Assembly (NCBI GenBank): GCA_043228905.1
Contig: JBHGNT010000018.1
Coordinates: forward strand, 12,090,001-12,154,000
Source of the DNA: Azolla caroliniana
Taxonomy: Eukaryota > Plantae > Polypodiophyta
Direction: 5' to 3'
DNA length: 64,000 nt
Below are positions 36,680 through 49,540 of this stretch, piece after piece; within the stretch, counting starts at the first letter, position 1; each line of letters starts with the position of its first letter. The notes beneath the pieces are model-generated. The model did no database searches. It was not told the DNA's origin and was given only the letters and a program-made list of their open reading frames with translations. The position numbers and the translations under genes are program-made.

Positions 36680-37147
36680 TGTTATGTACACATAACGTTG
36701 GTGAGGGTAGGTCACTAATATTTACATTAGTGAAGGGCATGTTCACTAATGTTAAAAAGGGGCTAATGTGATTGGATAGAAGGAGTGTTATCTCCATTCA
36801 TGATTTGGGCAGCCAATGAATGGAGACCCTTTTAGAAAGGCACATCTATTCAAGGGGCCTAGGAAAAGGTATAAATATAAGGCTTAGCTACCCTCTTAAG
36901 GACCTTACGTCAGAAGGTTGCTGTCTTAGACACCGGTGGTGCGGGCTAGGCTTTCTTCTCGACAATCATGTTTATCTCTTCCAAGGTATTAGTCATCCTA
37001 ATATCCGGCGATATAGGATGTCGGTGGTAGGTTTGCTATGTCTAGATCATAGCTCGGGGGTGGTCAGGTGGAACGGATTCTTCTATCCATTCAATTTTCC
37101 TTCTTTTACTTTAATTTGGTCTATATATTAGTAATAGACTCTTAACA
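36680..37147 (+). repeat. RT-5 3' LTR
   Basis: TGTTA...TAACA. Confidence 0.92.
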
Positions 37148-37546
37148 ACATCCATGTCGGCTTCTCATCAGGAGGGTGGACACTCCACATGGGAAACCTC
37201 CTACTTGCTCAAGGACCGAAAGTACACTCGTTGTACCCGTTGTACGTCACACTCAGACATGGTGACTTATTCTTGGTCGACATTCTCGTGTCATCACTAT
37301 GACACGGACACCTCAGCAAGGCCGGCATCACGCATTTATCCAGAGTTGGATACATCCCTAAACTCTCGTTCTCTGATCATCAGTTCTACGAGCATTGCCA
37401 GTACGGCAAACAGATAGCCGCATCACATCTAACATCAACACCAAGAGAATTGAATCCACTCGATTTGTTCCACTTGGAGTTTGTGGCCCTATGCCACATC
37501 AGTCTCTCAGTGGTGCTCTCTACTTCGTCAGCTTTATTGACAACTC

Positions 37547-38005
37547 TATTATCGCTAAGGCCAGACAATGGCCTAACACAGGGTGTCCCCTTGAGACACT
37601 TCACCAAAGGGGTGTTGCGGTGAGATAGGGTTAGACCGACTATTAACGAAACCTTAATGGTTTACTAGCGGCAATATCATTAGTCACAATACACGCGTAG
37701 GATAAATGACACTTAGCACAGAACGGTAATTAACAATGATTAAGATACAGAACAACGACGCTCTATTAATTATCTAATTATTACAATCTAGCCAGGCCTT
37801 TTTATAGGTCTCTGGCCTTAGGTACAAACCGGTGCCAACCGACAACCGGCTACAAACCGGTCCAGATCCGGATCGACATACTGATTCCATGTCCTTCCGT
37901 TCGCTTCTCAAATCATAATAATTCTATATAAATATATAATTAGCTCCCCGTTCTTAATTATCCCCTCGTTTCCCATTCTGGACTTCCCTTGCCGGCCGGC
38001 TAACA
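37547..38005 (-). repeat. RT-7 3' LTR
   Basis: Direct repeat of 47126-47587. Confidence 0.92.
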
Positions 38006-38126
38006 CATGGCACACCCGTGGGACAGTACCTTGGTTGTCGAATCCCACTATCCGGCCTTCATTCATCCTCCAAAATGTCCAGAATACTTTGATCTAAGGG
38101 TTCAAATGGTTCCTTGGCAAGCTGTT

Positions 38127-41100
38127 CTATCGTCTGTTGTTGTTGTTCCCCCTCCTGTTGTTCCTACAGCTGGGCAGCTCCTCTTGCCGCTGCTCCGGCT
38201 CTGGCTGTGGTTGCTGCTGGTTGACATCCGTCGCCTGCAACTCCGTCCGTCTGACCGATTCTTCCTCCTTTTCCGGCTCACCCGGCCTTGGCGTCTCCAT
38301 CGGTCTCACCAACTCTGTCTCCATTTCCGGCTCAATTGATCTTACCGGCTCTTCCTCCTTTTCTAGCTCAACTGGCCTTGGCGTCTCGTGGTTCTGTTGT
38401 CCGGCGTGCCCTGGTGCTTGCCGATGACCTTCCTCTAGTGGCTCCTCTTGAGTACTATCTGGTTGGCTTACCCCGGCTGTAACCGACGTTTGTCCTCATC
38501 ACTTATGCTAATCGCCGCAGTTTTCTTGGCCACTTCTTGCTGTCGCGGTTCCTGCTCGTACTTCTTGAAGCGGAGTTGGTTGTCCAACTGGTCATCATCC
38601 AGATGTGTCACCAACTGGCGTATCGCCACTCTCTACTCATCAACCAAGGATAGGAAATCATCTGATAGTTCATCCTTTATTGTTTCAATGCTTTCTCTAT
38701 CCAGGATGTAAACTTCGTCGCCTTCCTTCCGCCTGTCTTCCGCATCTGCCCGCAGCAACTGTAGCTTGGTTGCCTGCTTAGCCCATTTCGACCACCACTG
38801 TACTGAGCTTTCTTCCACCAATTGCTTCGTTTGATTCTTCCATGCCAGTACAATGTCCCGGATCCGCCCCAGTCCCATCTTCGACTTGTTTTCCGCGGCG
38901 TGTTTTTCGTCCTTCAATTGTTTGATCAGGCTTGCGATTGCCACTTCTTGGCTTCTATAGTGCATGAGTTGGGTTTGATATGTCGTCTGAACTCTGTTCA
39001 GAGCCATTATAGCGCGCTCCGTTTCCGCATGGTGCTGCACTTGCAGGTCCAGTCGCTCTTTCATTGTTGCCGCCAATTGTTTCGCTTGTTCGGCTCCCTT
39101 TGACTGCTCTTCCATCAGTGCCATTGTCAACCGGTTAACTTCCTCCCGGATTTCTCTGCACTTTTCCTGGTGCCGGTCACTTTCGGTAGTCAATTTCTTA
39201 TGATCGGCATCCAAATGCTTATAATCCCAGTGTAGTCTGTCGAAGTCATCGGTTTTCTGTTTGAGCTTTTGATTTATAAGCCGGCGAGCGCGGTCCTCAC
39301 GGTCTTTTTGTTGTCAGAGCTCTTCTTTGAGGCGCTCAATCTCCACTTCCACCGTCCTCCGGAGTTTCTCTTTTTCTTGCAGAAGTTTGTCTTTCTCTTC
39401 TTTCAGTTGGTCATACGCTTGATGACCTCTTCTTAGGCTTTCCTCTATTCGGCAGAGAATGTCCTCCACCGCTTTTTTCAATTCTCGTTCCCTGGCTCGT
39501 AAGGCTTCTTGTGTTGCTAGGTCTTCCCTTAGTGTGGCAAGCTCCTGTGCTGACGAGTCATGAGTATCTGGGCCCGCCACCGTCACCGGGGTTTGGTCGT
39601 TCTGTCGAGTTATTGGGGCCACTGATTTTGATTGTTGTGGTCCTTCTATGACCACTTGGCCATGTTTGTTCTAGCCTTCTCTATGTCTTCTTCCATGCTC
39701 CGGATTCTTGACCGGGCCATCTCTAATTCCTCGGTTGTGGCTAGCAACCGGGCTTCCTGCGCTTTCTCTTCCACTTCTAACTGGCCGACAACACCAGTCA
39801 CTTGTTCTGTCACCCAACAGAGCCATCGATTGCCAGTGCCTTGTGGTCGTGCCGGTTCTGGTGGTGGGATGGCGTTTCCACTGGTCACAAGCCTACTATT
39901 GACGGTTACATCAACCAGCCGCTCCCGTTCTGGCTATTGCTATTGTGGCGGTGATGCCAGCAATTCAATGACCAGTTCTTGATTCACCGGTACTGTTGTG
40001 TCCTGGACCGCTAGTTCTACGATGTCCTGTTGCAGCCCTTGCTCCGTCCCCGAGTCTTGTTGAGCCCATTCTGCCGCCTTCCTCGGTTGCGGCTCCTCAG
40101 GGGAGGGTTCCCGTCTATTGTCCTCCGTTAGCCTTGATGTTCCCCCTTCGTGGCCCTTTTCTCTTGTTTGGCGACGCCGTAGCATCGTCTCGGTCGGCTC
40201 GTCTTCCTGTTGTTCTTCTTCCAGGGTCTTGTTGTTGATTACCACCACCAAGGGGTCCTACCCCTGCGTTTTCTCCAGTTGCTGCTCTACTTATTGTTCC
40301 GTCAAGCGCAACTTGATTTTCAACGGTCCCCCCGAGGTGTCCATCGATGCCTCCTTCTCAGCCAGCCGCTTCCGATTAGGCCGTTCCTTCACTTGGGTAG
40401 CCAAGAGTTGCTACCGTTTTGAAGTTGTTTTGGGGGTCGATTCGGTCGGTCTTCCCCTCTTTCTTTGTTTTGTGGGCTCCACCAGTGGTGCTAACAAAGT
40501 GAGCCATTGCGCCACTGTTGTCCACATCTTTTTGCCATCTTTTATCGAGCTGATGGCAGCGCTCAGGCCGTCGGCAATCATTACCGGCCAATCCACTTGT
40601 ACTCCCTCGTAGGTGACTATGATTAGACCGGCTCTATTCTTGGGCATCGCCGGTGGTCGGGGGTACACATGGCCATACTCGTGGAGTACCCGAGCAATTT
40701 CCCGAAACAAGAGATCTTCACCGTCTTGCGTTCGGTACGCCTTGCTGCCCAAAGTTATTCCCCAAAATACCTCGTCCGCTGCTCCGGCGAAGGGTTGTCA
40801 ATCGAGTAGATTCCTCCTTCCGGTAGGCCGGTCATGGCTCAGATGGCCTCCTTGGTGATGACCTCCGTGTCAATGTTTTTAACAACATTTTCTACGTCTC
40901 CATGTGGCGGTGCTTCGACTATCCGCAAGAATCCCTCCAGACCGTGGTGCTTCAGCCATTTCTTAGCCGCTTTTGAGAGTACCATGCATTCCATGTCGTC
41001 TTTGGAGTCAGTAGGTTGTGGTAAGATGCGTGCGCTTGCGTGCTCTCGTTTGATCACTCGTAATCGCCTGTGGACGGTGAGATCTCTGCGTTCGCGAAAT

Positions 41101-41168
41101 GAAAGGGACTCTGTGCAGCGTGGGTTTTCTTTCTCCATGCGTGGCGCCTTTTCTTGATTCCCGCGCAT
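38127..41168 (-). pseudogene. RT-7 extra ORF (about 1000 codons, decayed): globular N-terminus, acidic linker, long coiled coil
   Basis: Successive same-strand fragments 40839-41168, 40411-40752, 39940-40251, 39646-39888, 39314-39655, 38633-39214 and 38127-38324 lie between pol and the 3' LTR. Confidence 0.75.
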
Positions 41169-41506
41169 GCACTTCTTGTACTAATATAGCAGTCGGTTGA
41201 CACGTGGTGTGCCTATCTTTAAAAGATTTAATTAGTCACCCACCACACCTTTTCAAAGTGCCCGTTCGCTCTTCCCCTCTCTATGATGACTTTTCTTTTT
41301 CTTTTCTTTTTTTCTTTTTTTTCTTTTTTTTAAGAATTGAGTTTGAGTTATCCGGAAGCACCGGGTCCATATCCCGGTTTTTCCCCATATTTACTTTTGC
41401 CGATAACCTGTTTGTTGTTATCCCGTAACACCGGCTTTGCCTGCCTGTCGGGTAATTTTTCCCTGCTTCCTATTGTTGTATCAGCCTCCGTCGGTTTGAA
41501 CGGGTT

Positions 41507-44500
41507 CTATGGCATCGGTCCACAATATGATTTAAGTTGAAACCCATTGACCCATTTGCCCATTATCTCACCGGCAAGTGTTCCGAGCTGGTATGAACCG
41601 TTGAATTCCCGTGTTATCCAATATGGTCCGGTCCACCGAAACCGTAGCTTTCCCGGCATCTGACCCATTCGGGTCTGGAACACGAGTACCGGCTTGCTGA
41701 TCCCGAACATCGTCTCATTGCCCTTCTGGTGCCGATCGACAAACGCCTTCCTTCATCGCTGCTCCAGCTCCAACTGCATGAGACTTGCTATCTGATGTTC
41801 CTCGAGTTCACATAATGCGGCTAACCGGATCTTTTCCGATTCCTTTTCACTTAGTCGTTCTCTAACCTGTATCCGCAAACTCGGAACCTGAAATTCAATC
41901 GGCATTACTGCTTCAAGTCCAAATGCTAACCGGAATGGTGTTGAACGGATACTCGTTTTGTATGCCGTCCGGTATGCCCATAGCACACTATGCAGCTTGG
42001 TGTCCCAATCAGTCCGGTTTTCATTAACGATCTTTTGCAGGATGTTTTGGAGCATTTTGTTCGTGGATTCGGCCAGGCCATTGGCCTGTGGATAGTAAGG
42101 GGTACTACGCTTGTGTACTAGTGCATAAAATGTTGTTAAGCTCTCCACTACCTGACCGAGAAAATGTCTGCCTTGGTCGTTAATTAACTCGATCGGGCAT
42201 CCATACCGGCACCAGATGTACTCATATAAGAACTTTGCCATTGAAACTGCAGTGTTGTCCCGGAACGCCTTGGCTTCTAACCACTTGGTGCAATAATCGG
42301 TGGCGACTATGACATATCTGTTGCCGGTTCTCATTGTCAGAGGTTTAAACGGCCCAACAAAATCCAGCCCCCATTTCTGAAATGGTTCTAAGGGTAGCAC
42401 CGGCTGGTGAGGCATCCTTGCATGTTCTGTTGGTTGGCCCATCCGTTGACATAAATCACAGACTTTCGAATACCAAACCAAGTCCTTCAGTGTCGTCGGC
42501 CACCATAGGCCACTGTGCCATATCTTTCTTGCCGTAGCGTCCCCAACATAGTGCCCTCTAGCAACGCCGCAGTGCGCTTCTTGTAATATTGTGTCCTTTT
42601 CATCGCTTCTCACTACTTGCCACCATATGCCATCTGCGCCTTTGTGGTACAGGGTGTCCTGTAGTAGACAAAAATGTCGGCTTTGTACCGCTAACCGCTT
42701 CCGCTCATCCCGGTTCATCTCCTCCAATGGAAGTCCCGTGCTTAGGAATTGATGCATGGTGGTTAGCCATTAGTCTTTGTCAACTACTATACTATCGGCT
42801 GCCGTTTCGACTGTTACTTTAAACAACTCAGCATCCGAAAATTCATCCGGGACTCCGTCGCCGGTCTCACCGGAGTCTAACTGGCTCAGATAATCGGCAA
42901 CCGCGTGCTGTATTCCCGGCCGGTGATATATTTCGAACTCGAATTCTTGTAGCAACAATGTCCATCGGGCCAGCTTGCCGGTGAGTGATGCCTTTGAGAC
43001 CAAATATAACAAGGCTGAGTGGTCGACATGGAAACAAAATTTCCTTCCCAATAAATAGTGCCTGAACTTGGTAACACTGTAAATCATCCCTAAGGCTTCT
43101 CTTTCCGTTGTTGAATAATTCCGTTCTGCTTGGGATAGGTTCTAGTTCCGTTAGTTGCATTAGTGCACTGCCGATCGCTATGTCGGACGCATCCACAAAC
43201 ACGTGGAATTCTTTTGACCAATCCGATGGTTGCACTACCAGTGCTTGTGATAGCAGTACTTTCAGTGCCCAGTAAGCCTCATCTTCTATATTTGTCCATT
43301 GGAACGATGTTCGGTGAACCATGGCATGCAACGGTGTAGCCAGATCGGCCAATTACTGGAGCATTCGGCTATGCCACCGGATTTGTCCTAGAAACCGACT
43401 CAAAGCTTTGGCCGTGGAAGGTGTCGGGGCTTCTAAGATTGCTTTCACCTTATCGGGGCTACTGCGATCCTGTCCTTGCTGACAAGATGGCCCAACAATG
43501 CGCCGCTTGTTACTCCAAACACACACTTTGTTGGATTCAGGCTTAGCCGATAGCTCCTGCATTTCTCAAGACATAGTCGGAGGTGTTGGAGATGTTCTCC
43601 GTCTTGGCTATACACGGCGAAGTCGTTCAGGAATACCTACATGAATGCCGGAATGAACTCGCCAAATATCTCCATGATTATTCGTTGGAAGGTCACAGGC
43701 GCGGTCTTGAGCCCGAACATCATTACTACTGTGACAAAGACTCCCGATTCGGTGACGAATGCCGTCTTGTCTTGGTCATCGGGGTGCATCCTTATTTGAT
43801 TGTAGCCGCTGAAACCGTCTAGGAAACTATACACTTCATGACCAGCTACCGCATCCAGCACTCCATCCGTAACGGTAGTGGAAAGGTGTCGGTCACCGTC
43901 ACCGCATTGAGTTTTCGGTAATCAACGCACACCTGGATCTTACCGTTCTTTTTCGGCACAACGACTATGGGGCTTAACCATGTAGCTTTTTTCACTGGTC
44001 TGATAAAACCGACCCGTAGCAACTTATCAATTTCCTCTTTGACCTTTGCTCCATAGTTAGGGTTCATCCGGTAACGTCGTTGTGCTGCCGGTTTGGCATC
44101 CTTACTGAGGTGTATTTGGTGTTGGTACAACTAAGGATCCAGCCCCCGCATGTCTTCATAGGACTCCTTTAATAAAGTGATCGTCGTCATCCTGTTGTCT
44201 GGTGACATTTCCTTAGCAATATGAACTAGTCTGGCATCATCCCCGGTCCCTAAGTTCACTTCCTCTAACTTGGATTCTTTCACGTGTTGGGATACCGCCA
44301 TTTCCCTCTCCAGAGCCTCCTGTGCTTGCCGTAATTCTCTAATAGCTTCCCTATCTGGTTCCTCGATGGCGTCGTCCGATTGCATTCTATATGGGGACAC
44401 TGCTTCCGCCATATCGATTTCAAATAGGGGTACAATTTTTTATTTTTCTTCTAAGTATTGGTCGACCTCTTCATCCGCAAGCCCCTCGAGCATGTTCACA

Positions 44501-47064
44501 CCTTCCGCATATAGCGGTGTCAGCTCCTTGCCGGTACTGGCTCGAGGGTGGGTAGGTACCCTTATTTTTGTCTTCCCTCATCGGAAGGTAATTATCATGT
44601 TTTTCCACCAGTTTTGTTTGATATGCACTGGTTTTAGCCATGGGCGGCCTAGCAACAATGGGTAAGCCCCTTGCGCATTGAGCTAGAGAACCACTACCGA
44701 AATGCAGAATGCATGACTTCCAATAGTTACATCTAGATCTCGTATCAACCCAATAGGTCTTACCGAACTTGTATCCGCCATCCGGAGCCAAAACGAGCAA
44801 GGCTCTGATTCTTGGATTCCCAAGGTATTACAAGTCCGTAAGCTGATCACATTCACGCCTGATCCTCCGTCCATAATCGTCCCTTGTTGTTCTCGTCCTT
44901 TGACGATGGCGGTGATTGTCAGACTGTTTGTGTCTACCACTATTGGCCCTTCTTCCGGATTTGAGAAGAACGCAAGAGCCGGCAATGGAATTGATGTGGT
45001 CATTCCTGATTTCAGCCCTTCCGTAAACTGGGGCACTAGCTCTAATAACCGACCCAATGGCAGCGTAATCTGACATTCTTGTAACGCTTGCCATGTTGGA
45101 TTTTCCGGCTGACTCGTGTCGGTGGCCTCTTCCGGTTTCTCCTTTTGTTGTTCAAGCTCCGCCACATTGTGCTCATTTGCCTTCTTCACCCACTCGGTGG
45201 CTTGCTTTCGGATTGCCTCCTGTGTTTCCCACTCCGTTGTTTTGCCTTTTGCCCTAGTGTTGACTTGTTGTATGTCGGCGACTTCTGCTACCACCATATT
45301 TACGGCTGGTCTTTTCTTGTAGCTTTTAACCGAACACTGATTGCTATAATGCCCTTCTTGCCGGCAATAGTAGCAGTATGCTTTCCGGGTGTTGCTCGAT
45401 TCGGTGTTCGCTCTAGTACCCGGTTGAGGTCCTATTGGTGGTCGGTTAGGTGCTTGGTCCGGTTGAGTACTTGGCATGCCCTTGTTTGGCTGCCACTGGC
45501 GGTCCTCCTTTCTAGCGTTCCATTTTTTGTTGAAGCGTTTTTTGTTCCGGTAACCCTGTCGGGGCTGGTTTTCATAGTTGCCTTGATCCTCCCTCCACTG
45601 GTTGTAGCCAGGGGAGTGATCCCAGTTGTATCGCTTGTATCATTCACCCTTGTAATCTCGGTAGCTATCCTGCCGGTCTCGGTCGTGAGCGTCCTTTCTG
45701 TCACTGTTCCGGATATCTTGCGCCGGTCGGTAATGCTCATCTCGCCGCCAGCGTTCTTCTTCCTCCTCCCGGTTGCTCCGGGGTTCGATTTGCCTTATCG
45801 GTGCCGCTTGCCGGTTCAGCAAGTTATATTCGCATCGGTCCATTGTGTGCGTTTTGGAGTGGCATAACATGCACTGTGTCCGCATGGTACATTCTATTGC
45901 CGAGTGCCCGACATTGAGACAAGTCGTACATTGTATAGCTTGTCGAAACCGTAAGTCGTCTTCTGTTGGTAATGTACGCTGGAGTGCCCCCATTGTTAGC
46001 CATGAGCTTGTTTTCTCCATCTCCCTAACCCTTTCTATGACTTGGTCGATCGTGCTGGTGTGGAAATTGATCACTACGCACACCGTACGCAAGGGTTCCC
46101 TAAGTGCAGCTAGGAATATTGCTTTCGCCTCCTCCTCCGGTGGTGCCCAATTGAGCTAACTATGCATTCGTTGGAACCGGATTACGAATTGTTGAATGGT
46201 TTCCGTAGGTTCCTGCCGTATGATGTAGAATAGGCCGACCATCTCCCTTTGATCCACCTCTTTGTTGAAGAACTGTAAAAATCTGGTTTTTAAGTCCTCA
46301 AACGTCGTGATGGTGCCGAGAGTGTGTGTCAAGCGCCATCGCGCGACTGGTCCTTCCAAGGTCATGTTGAACTCTGCAATCTTCAACCGTTCTGCTTCGA
46401 CGGCGGTCAAGTGTTGCGACACATGCTTTGCTTCCCATGTTTGCAGAAATGCATGCACATGAGCCTCTGCGTCCGGATCATCCCGGTACTTGGGATATTG
46501 GAACGGCATGTCATCATCCGGTGTCAGAGGTCTCCCCTCCTCTTCTTTCGGTGACGGAGGTCTTTCCTCCTCTTCTTTCGGTGTCGGAGGTTTTGCCTCC
46601 TCTTCTTTCGATGTCTCACGTGGTGGTGTCGGGAGTTGATCCACCACCTGCCAATCTGGGGCTTCTAGTTATGTTAGCTCTAGTTCGGGTGTCGGCAAGG
46701 TATCTGACTGCTCGTCCTCCGGTCCGTCTGGGGTGTCGTGGCTACTACGTTAATTTGAATGGGCGCTGCATTCTCCATCCAAATCCGATTCGAAGGCCGA
46801 GAATGGTTCCGAATCGCCTCCCCCTGTCGCTAGTGCCTGCAGAATGGATTCCGTGTCCCGGAGACTGCTCAAGCTGCTTCCTTCGTCCGGTTGGGAATTC
46901 TGCTGCCCGCGGAGTGACTCTGCGGCCACTCGCCGGATTACTTTGGAAAATGAGCGATCCACACGAATCTCTTCTGCCGCCTGTTGGAAAGCCTCTCGCT
47001 TCCGCAATCGTTCAGCAAGTCTTCTTGCTCGCTCCATAACCGGGTCGTTTGTTGGTCTAGTCAT
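41507..47064 (-). pseudogene. RT-7 gag-pol, disrupted
   Basis: Gag with several Cys/His knuckles (CTTCLNVGH, CMLCHSKTH, CYYCRQEGH), protease IMDGGSGVNV, RT, RNase H, and integrase 41753-42757. Confidence 0.9.
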
Positions 47065-47125
47065 CCATTCCCGTCGTTGTCGTTGTTCACTACGTTTGTG
47101 TAGGAATTGTGGTCACCAAAAACTG

Positions 47126-47587
47126 TGTTATCACTAGGGTCGGACAATGGCCTAACGCAGGGTGTCCCCTTGAGACACTTCACCAAAGGGGTGTTGCGAT
47201 GAGATAGAGTTAGACTGACTATTAACGGAACCTTAATGGGTTACTAGCGGCAATATCAGTAGTCACAATACACGCGTAGGATAAATTACACTTAGCGTAG
47301 AACGGTAATTAACAATGATTAAGATACATAACAACAACGCCCTATTAATTATCCACTAATCATTACATTCTAACTAGCCCTTTTTATAGGTCTTCGGCCT
47401 TAGGTACAAACAGATGCCAACCGGCAACCAGCTACGAACCGGTCCGGATCCAGATTGGCATACCGATTCTTTGTCCGTCTGTTCGCTTCTCAAATCATAA
47501 TAATTCTATATAAATATATAATTAGCTCCTGGTTCTTAATTATCCCCTCGTTTCCCATTCTAGACTTCCCTTGCCGGCCGGCTAACA
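47126..47587 (-). repeat. RT-7 5' LTR
   Basis: TGTTA...TAACA, with the PBS a few nt inside on the minus strand. Confidence 0.92.
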
Positions 47588-47592
47588 AACTC

Positions 47593-49088
47593 GACTCAGA
47601 AGGTGTGGGCGTATCTTATCAAGACCAAAGATCGATTGTTCTCGACTTTCTCTAATTGGCTCGCTATTGTCGAAAATCAGTCTGGCCGAAAACTCAAATG
47701 TCTTCGGACCAATAATGGAGAAGAGTTCAAATCTAAAGAGTTCATTAGATTTAACCCAACAATGCGGCATACGACGTGAATATACGTCACCCCATACTTC
47801 AGAGCCGAATGGAATTGCCGAGCGGATGAATCGCATAATTCAGGAAAGGATAGTTTCCATGCTCCAACACTCCGGACTGTCAGATGGCTTCTAGGAAGAG
47901 GCCCTACTTACAGCAGTACACATAATCAATATGTCACCAAGTAGGCCTTTAGGACTTTGGATACCTCAAGAACTATGAATCGGTAGCAAACCGAATTACA
48001 ACAAGCTGAGGATTTTCGGGTGCGAGGAATACACCCTCATACCAAAAGATGATCGCCTCAAACTTGCACCAAGGTTCAGGAAATGTATTTTCCTCAATTA
48101 TGGACCAAATGGCAAAATCGGATACCGACTTTGGGACCCCGAGCACAGACAGATCATCTGAACTTCAGACGTAGTGTTCAATGAGTCAGCTCTGCATCAA
48201 TCGGCCGAAAAGTCTATCAAAGTTTGAAGGGTAATTTTCTTAGATGTGTCAACCCTTTACGATGGCCCAACACACAACACAAGGTCGGCTTCACAGGTAG
48301 CAGAAACCTCTAGTACCGACTCGGCAATGTCTGACTCGGCACAACCAAACAACTCTACATTTTATGCTCAGTGTCGCGGCAGCCAAAAACTTGGAGCTAA
48401 TTCAACTAGATGTTAAAATGGCATTCCTCCATGGTGACTTAAAGGAGGAAATTTATATGGAGCCGCCGAAAGGCTTTTTTGTACCTGGCCAAGAACATCT
48501 ACTCTATCGACTCAGGAAGAGTCTTTACGTCCTAAAACAGGCACCGCGACAGTGGTACAAGAAGTTCGACGATTCCATCCAATCTGTTGTCTTCTCTAAG
48601 AGTGATGAGGACCATTGCCGCTTCACCAAAATAGCTCGAGATGGGTCACCCATCTTCCTCATCATTTACATGGACAACATGCTACTCTCCGGTTGGCATG
48701 CTAGAGAGCTCGCCGAACTTGTTCGGCAACTACAATTGAAGTTTTCCATGAAGGACCTCGATCCGCCAAGACACATTCTCGAAATGAAGATAAGTTGGAA
48801 TCGACATCGACGATAGTTGTATTTGTCGCAATCCGACTATATTAGCCGTGTCCTTGCACGCTTCAACATGCAATCTACTAAATATGCTTCAATCCCACTC
48901 CCCATTAACCTTCAGCTATCTTAGCGAGACTACTCGACATTCGGTTCGGAGGGGGAAATTATGAAGTCGGTTCCGTATGCACCGGCAGTCGGCTCCCTGA
49001 TGTAAGCGATGGTCGTGACACGGCTTGACATTGCTCACGCCGTCGGATTCGTCAACAGATTCATGCACAATCCCGGCCAATTGCACTA
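47593..49088 (+). pseudogene. RT-4 Copia integrase and RT remnant
   Basis: ORFs 47667-47894 and 48364-48816 (LRKSLYVLKQAPRQWYKKF, IIYMDNML). Confidence 0.87.
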
Positions 49089-49540
49089 TGTTACGGGCAT
49101 GACCATATAATATCTTGTGGTGAGAATTTACCGTAGTATTCTATACACGTGGATAAGAGTGAGGGTTAAACGAGAGTGTAAAGAAGGGGAGGATTACTTT
49201 TAATCCTCGGGATTGAGACAACCCATTAGGCCAAGTGTGAACTTGCCTAGGGGCCTTGGGTATCACTATAAATACGAGGCCTAGTTACCCTCATTTCATC
49301 ATATCTTGACTAGGTCGAGACTCTGTTTCGTGGTGGGTCAACTCTTGTAGCGAGCGCGCCAGCACCAGGTACGACTTGACGCCATGGCGGTGGTATGGGA
49401 CGCCGATCGAGGCTCGAGTCCGTTTCAATCCCTTCACTCGGGGGTTGTCGGGTGGATCACCACCCTTCTTTCTCTCTCTCCTTTCTATCTATCTATCTTT
49501 TATCCTTATCATATGCTTACTTTAGATCATAACTCTAACA
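49089..49540 (+). repeat. RT-8 5' LTR
   Basis: TGTTA...TAACA with TATAAATA near 49267, followed by the PBS. Confidence 0.85.

Larger units (their letters stand above)
24989..37147 (+). mobile_element. RT-5: tRNA-Met-primed Gypsy chromovirus, degenerate, TSD ACATC
   Basis: LTRs 24989-25462 and 36680-37147; PBS CGGTATCAGAGC; PPT AAAGAACGGGAGTA; ACATC at 24984-24988 and 37148-37152; chromodomain remnant PIDDATWERE. Confidence 0.92.
37547..47587 (-). mobile_element. RT-7: Athila/Tat-like Gypsy element with a 3' extra ORF, TSD AACTC
   Basis: LTRs 37547-38005 and 47126-47587; AACTC at 37542-37546 and 47588-47592. PBS TGGTGACCACA (tRNA-Arg-like after CpG decay). RT YSFLDGFSGYNQI; integrase PFQKWGLDFVGPF. 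Confidence 0.93.
22753..49088 (+). mobile_element. RT-4: degenerate Copia element hosting RT-5, RT-7 and RT-8; own segments are 22753-24988, 37148-37546 and 47588-49088
   Basis: LTR 22753-23072, PBS TTGTATCCGAGC, gag at 23831, zinc knuckle CNYCKKPGH, protease WLLDSGA, integrase [32 protein letters not shown]. The reading resumes across each TSD-flanked insertion. Confidence 0.88.
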
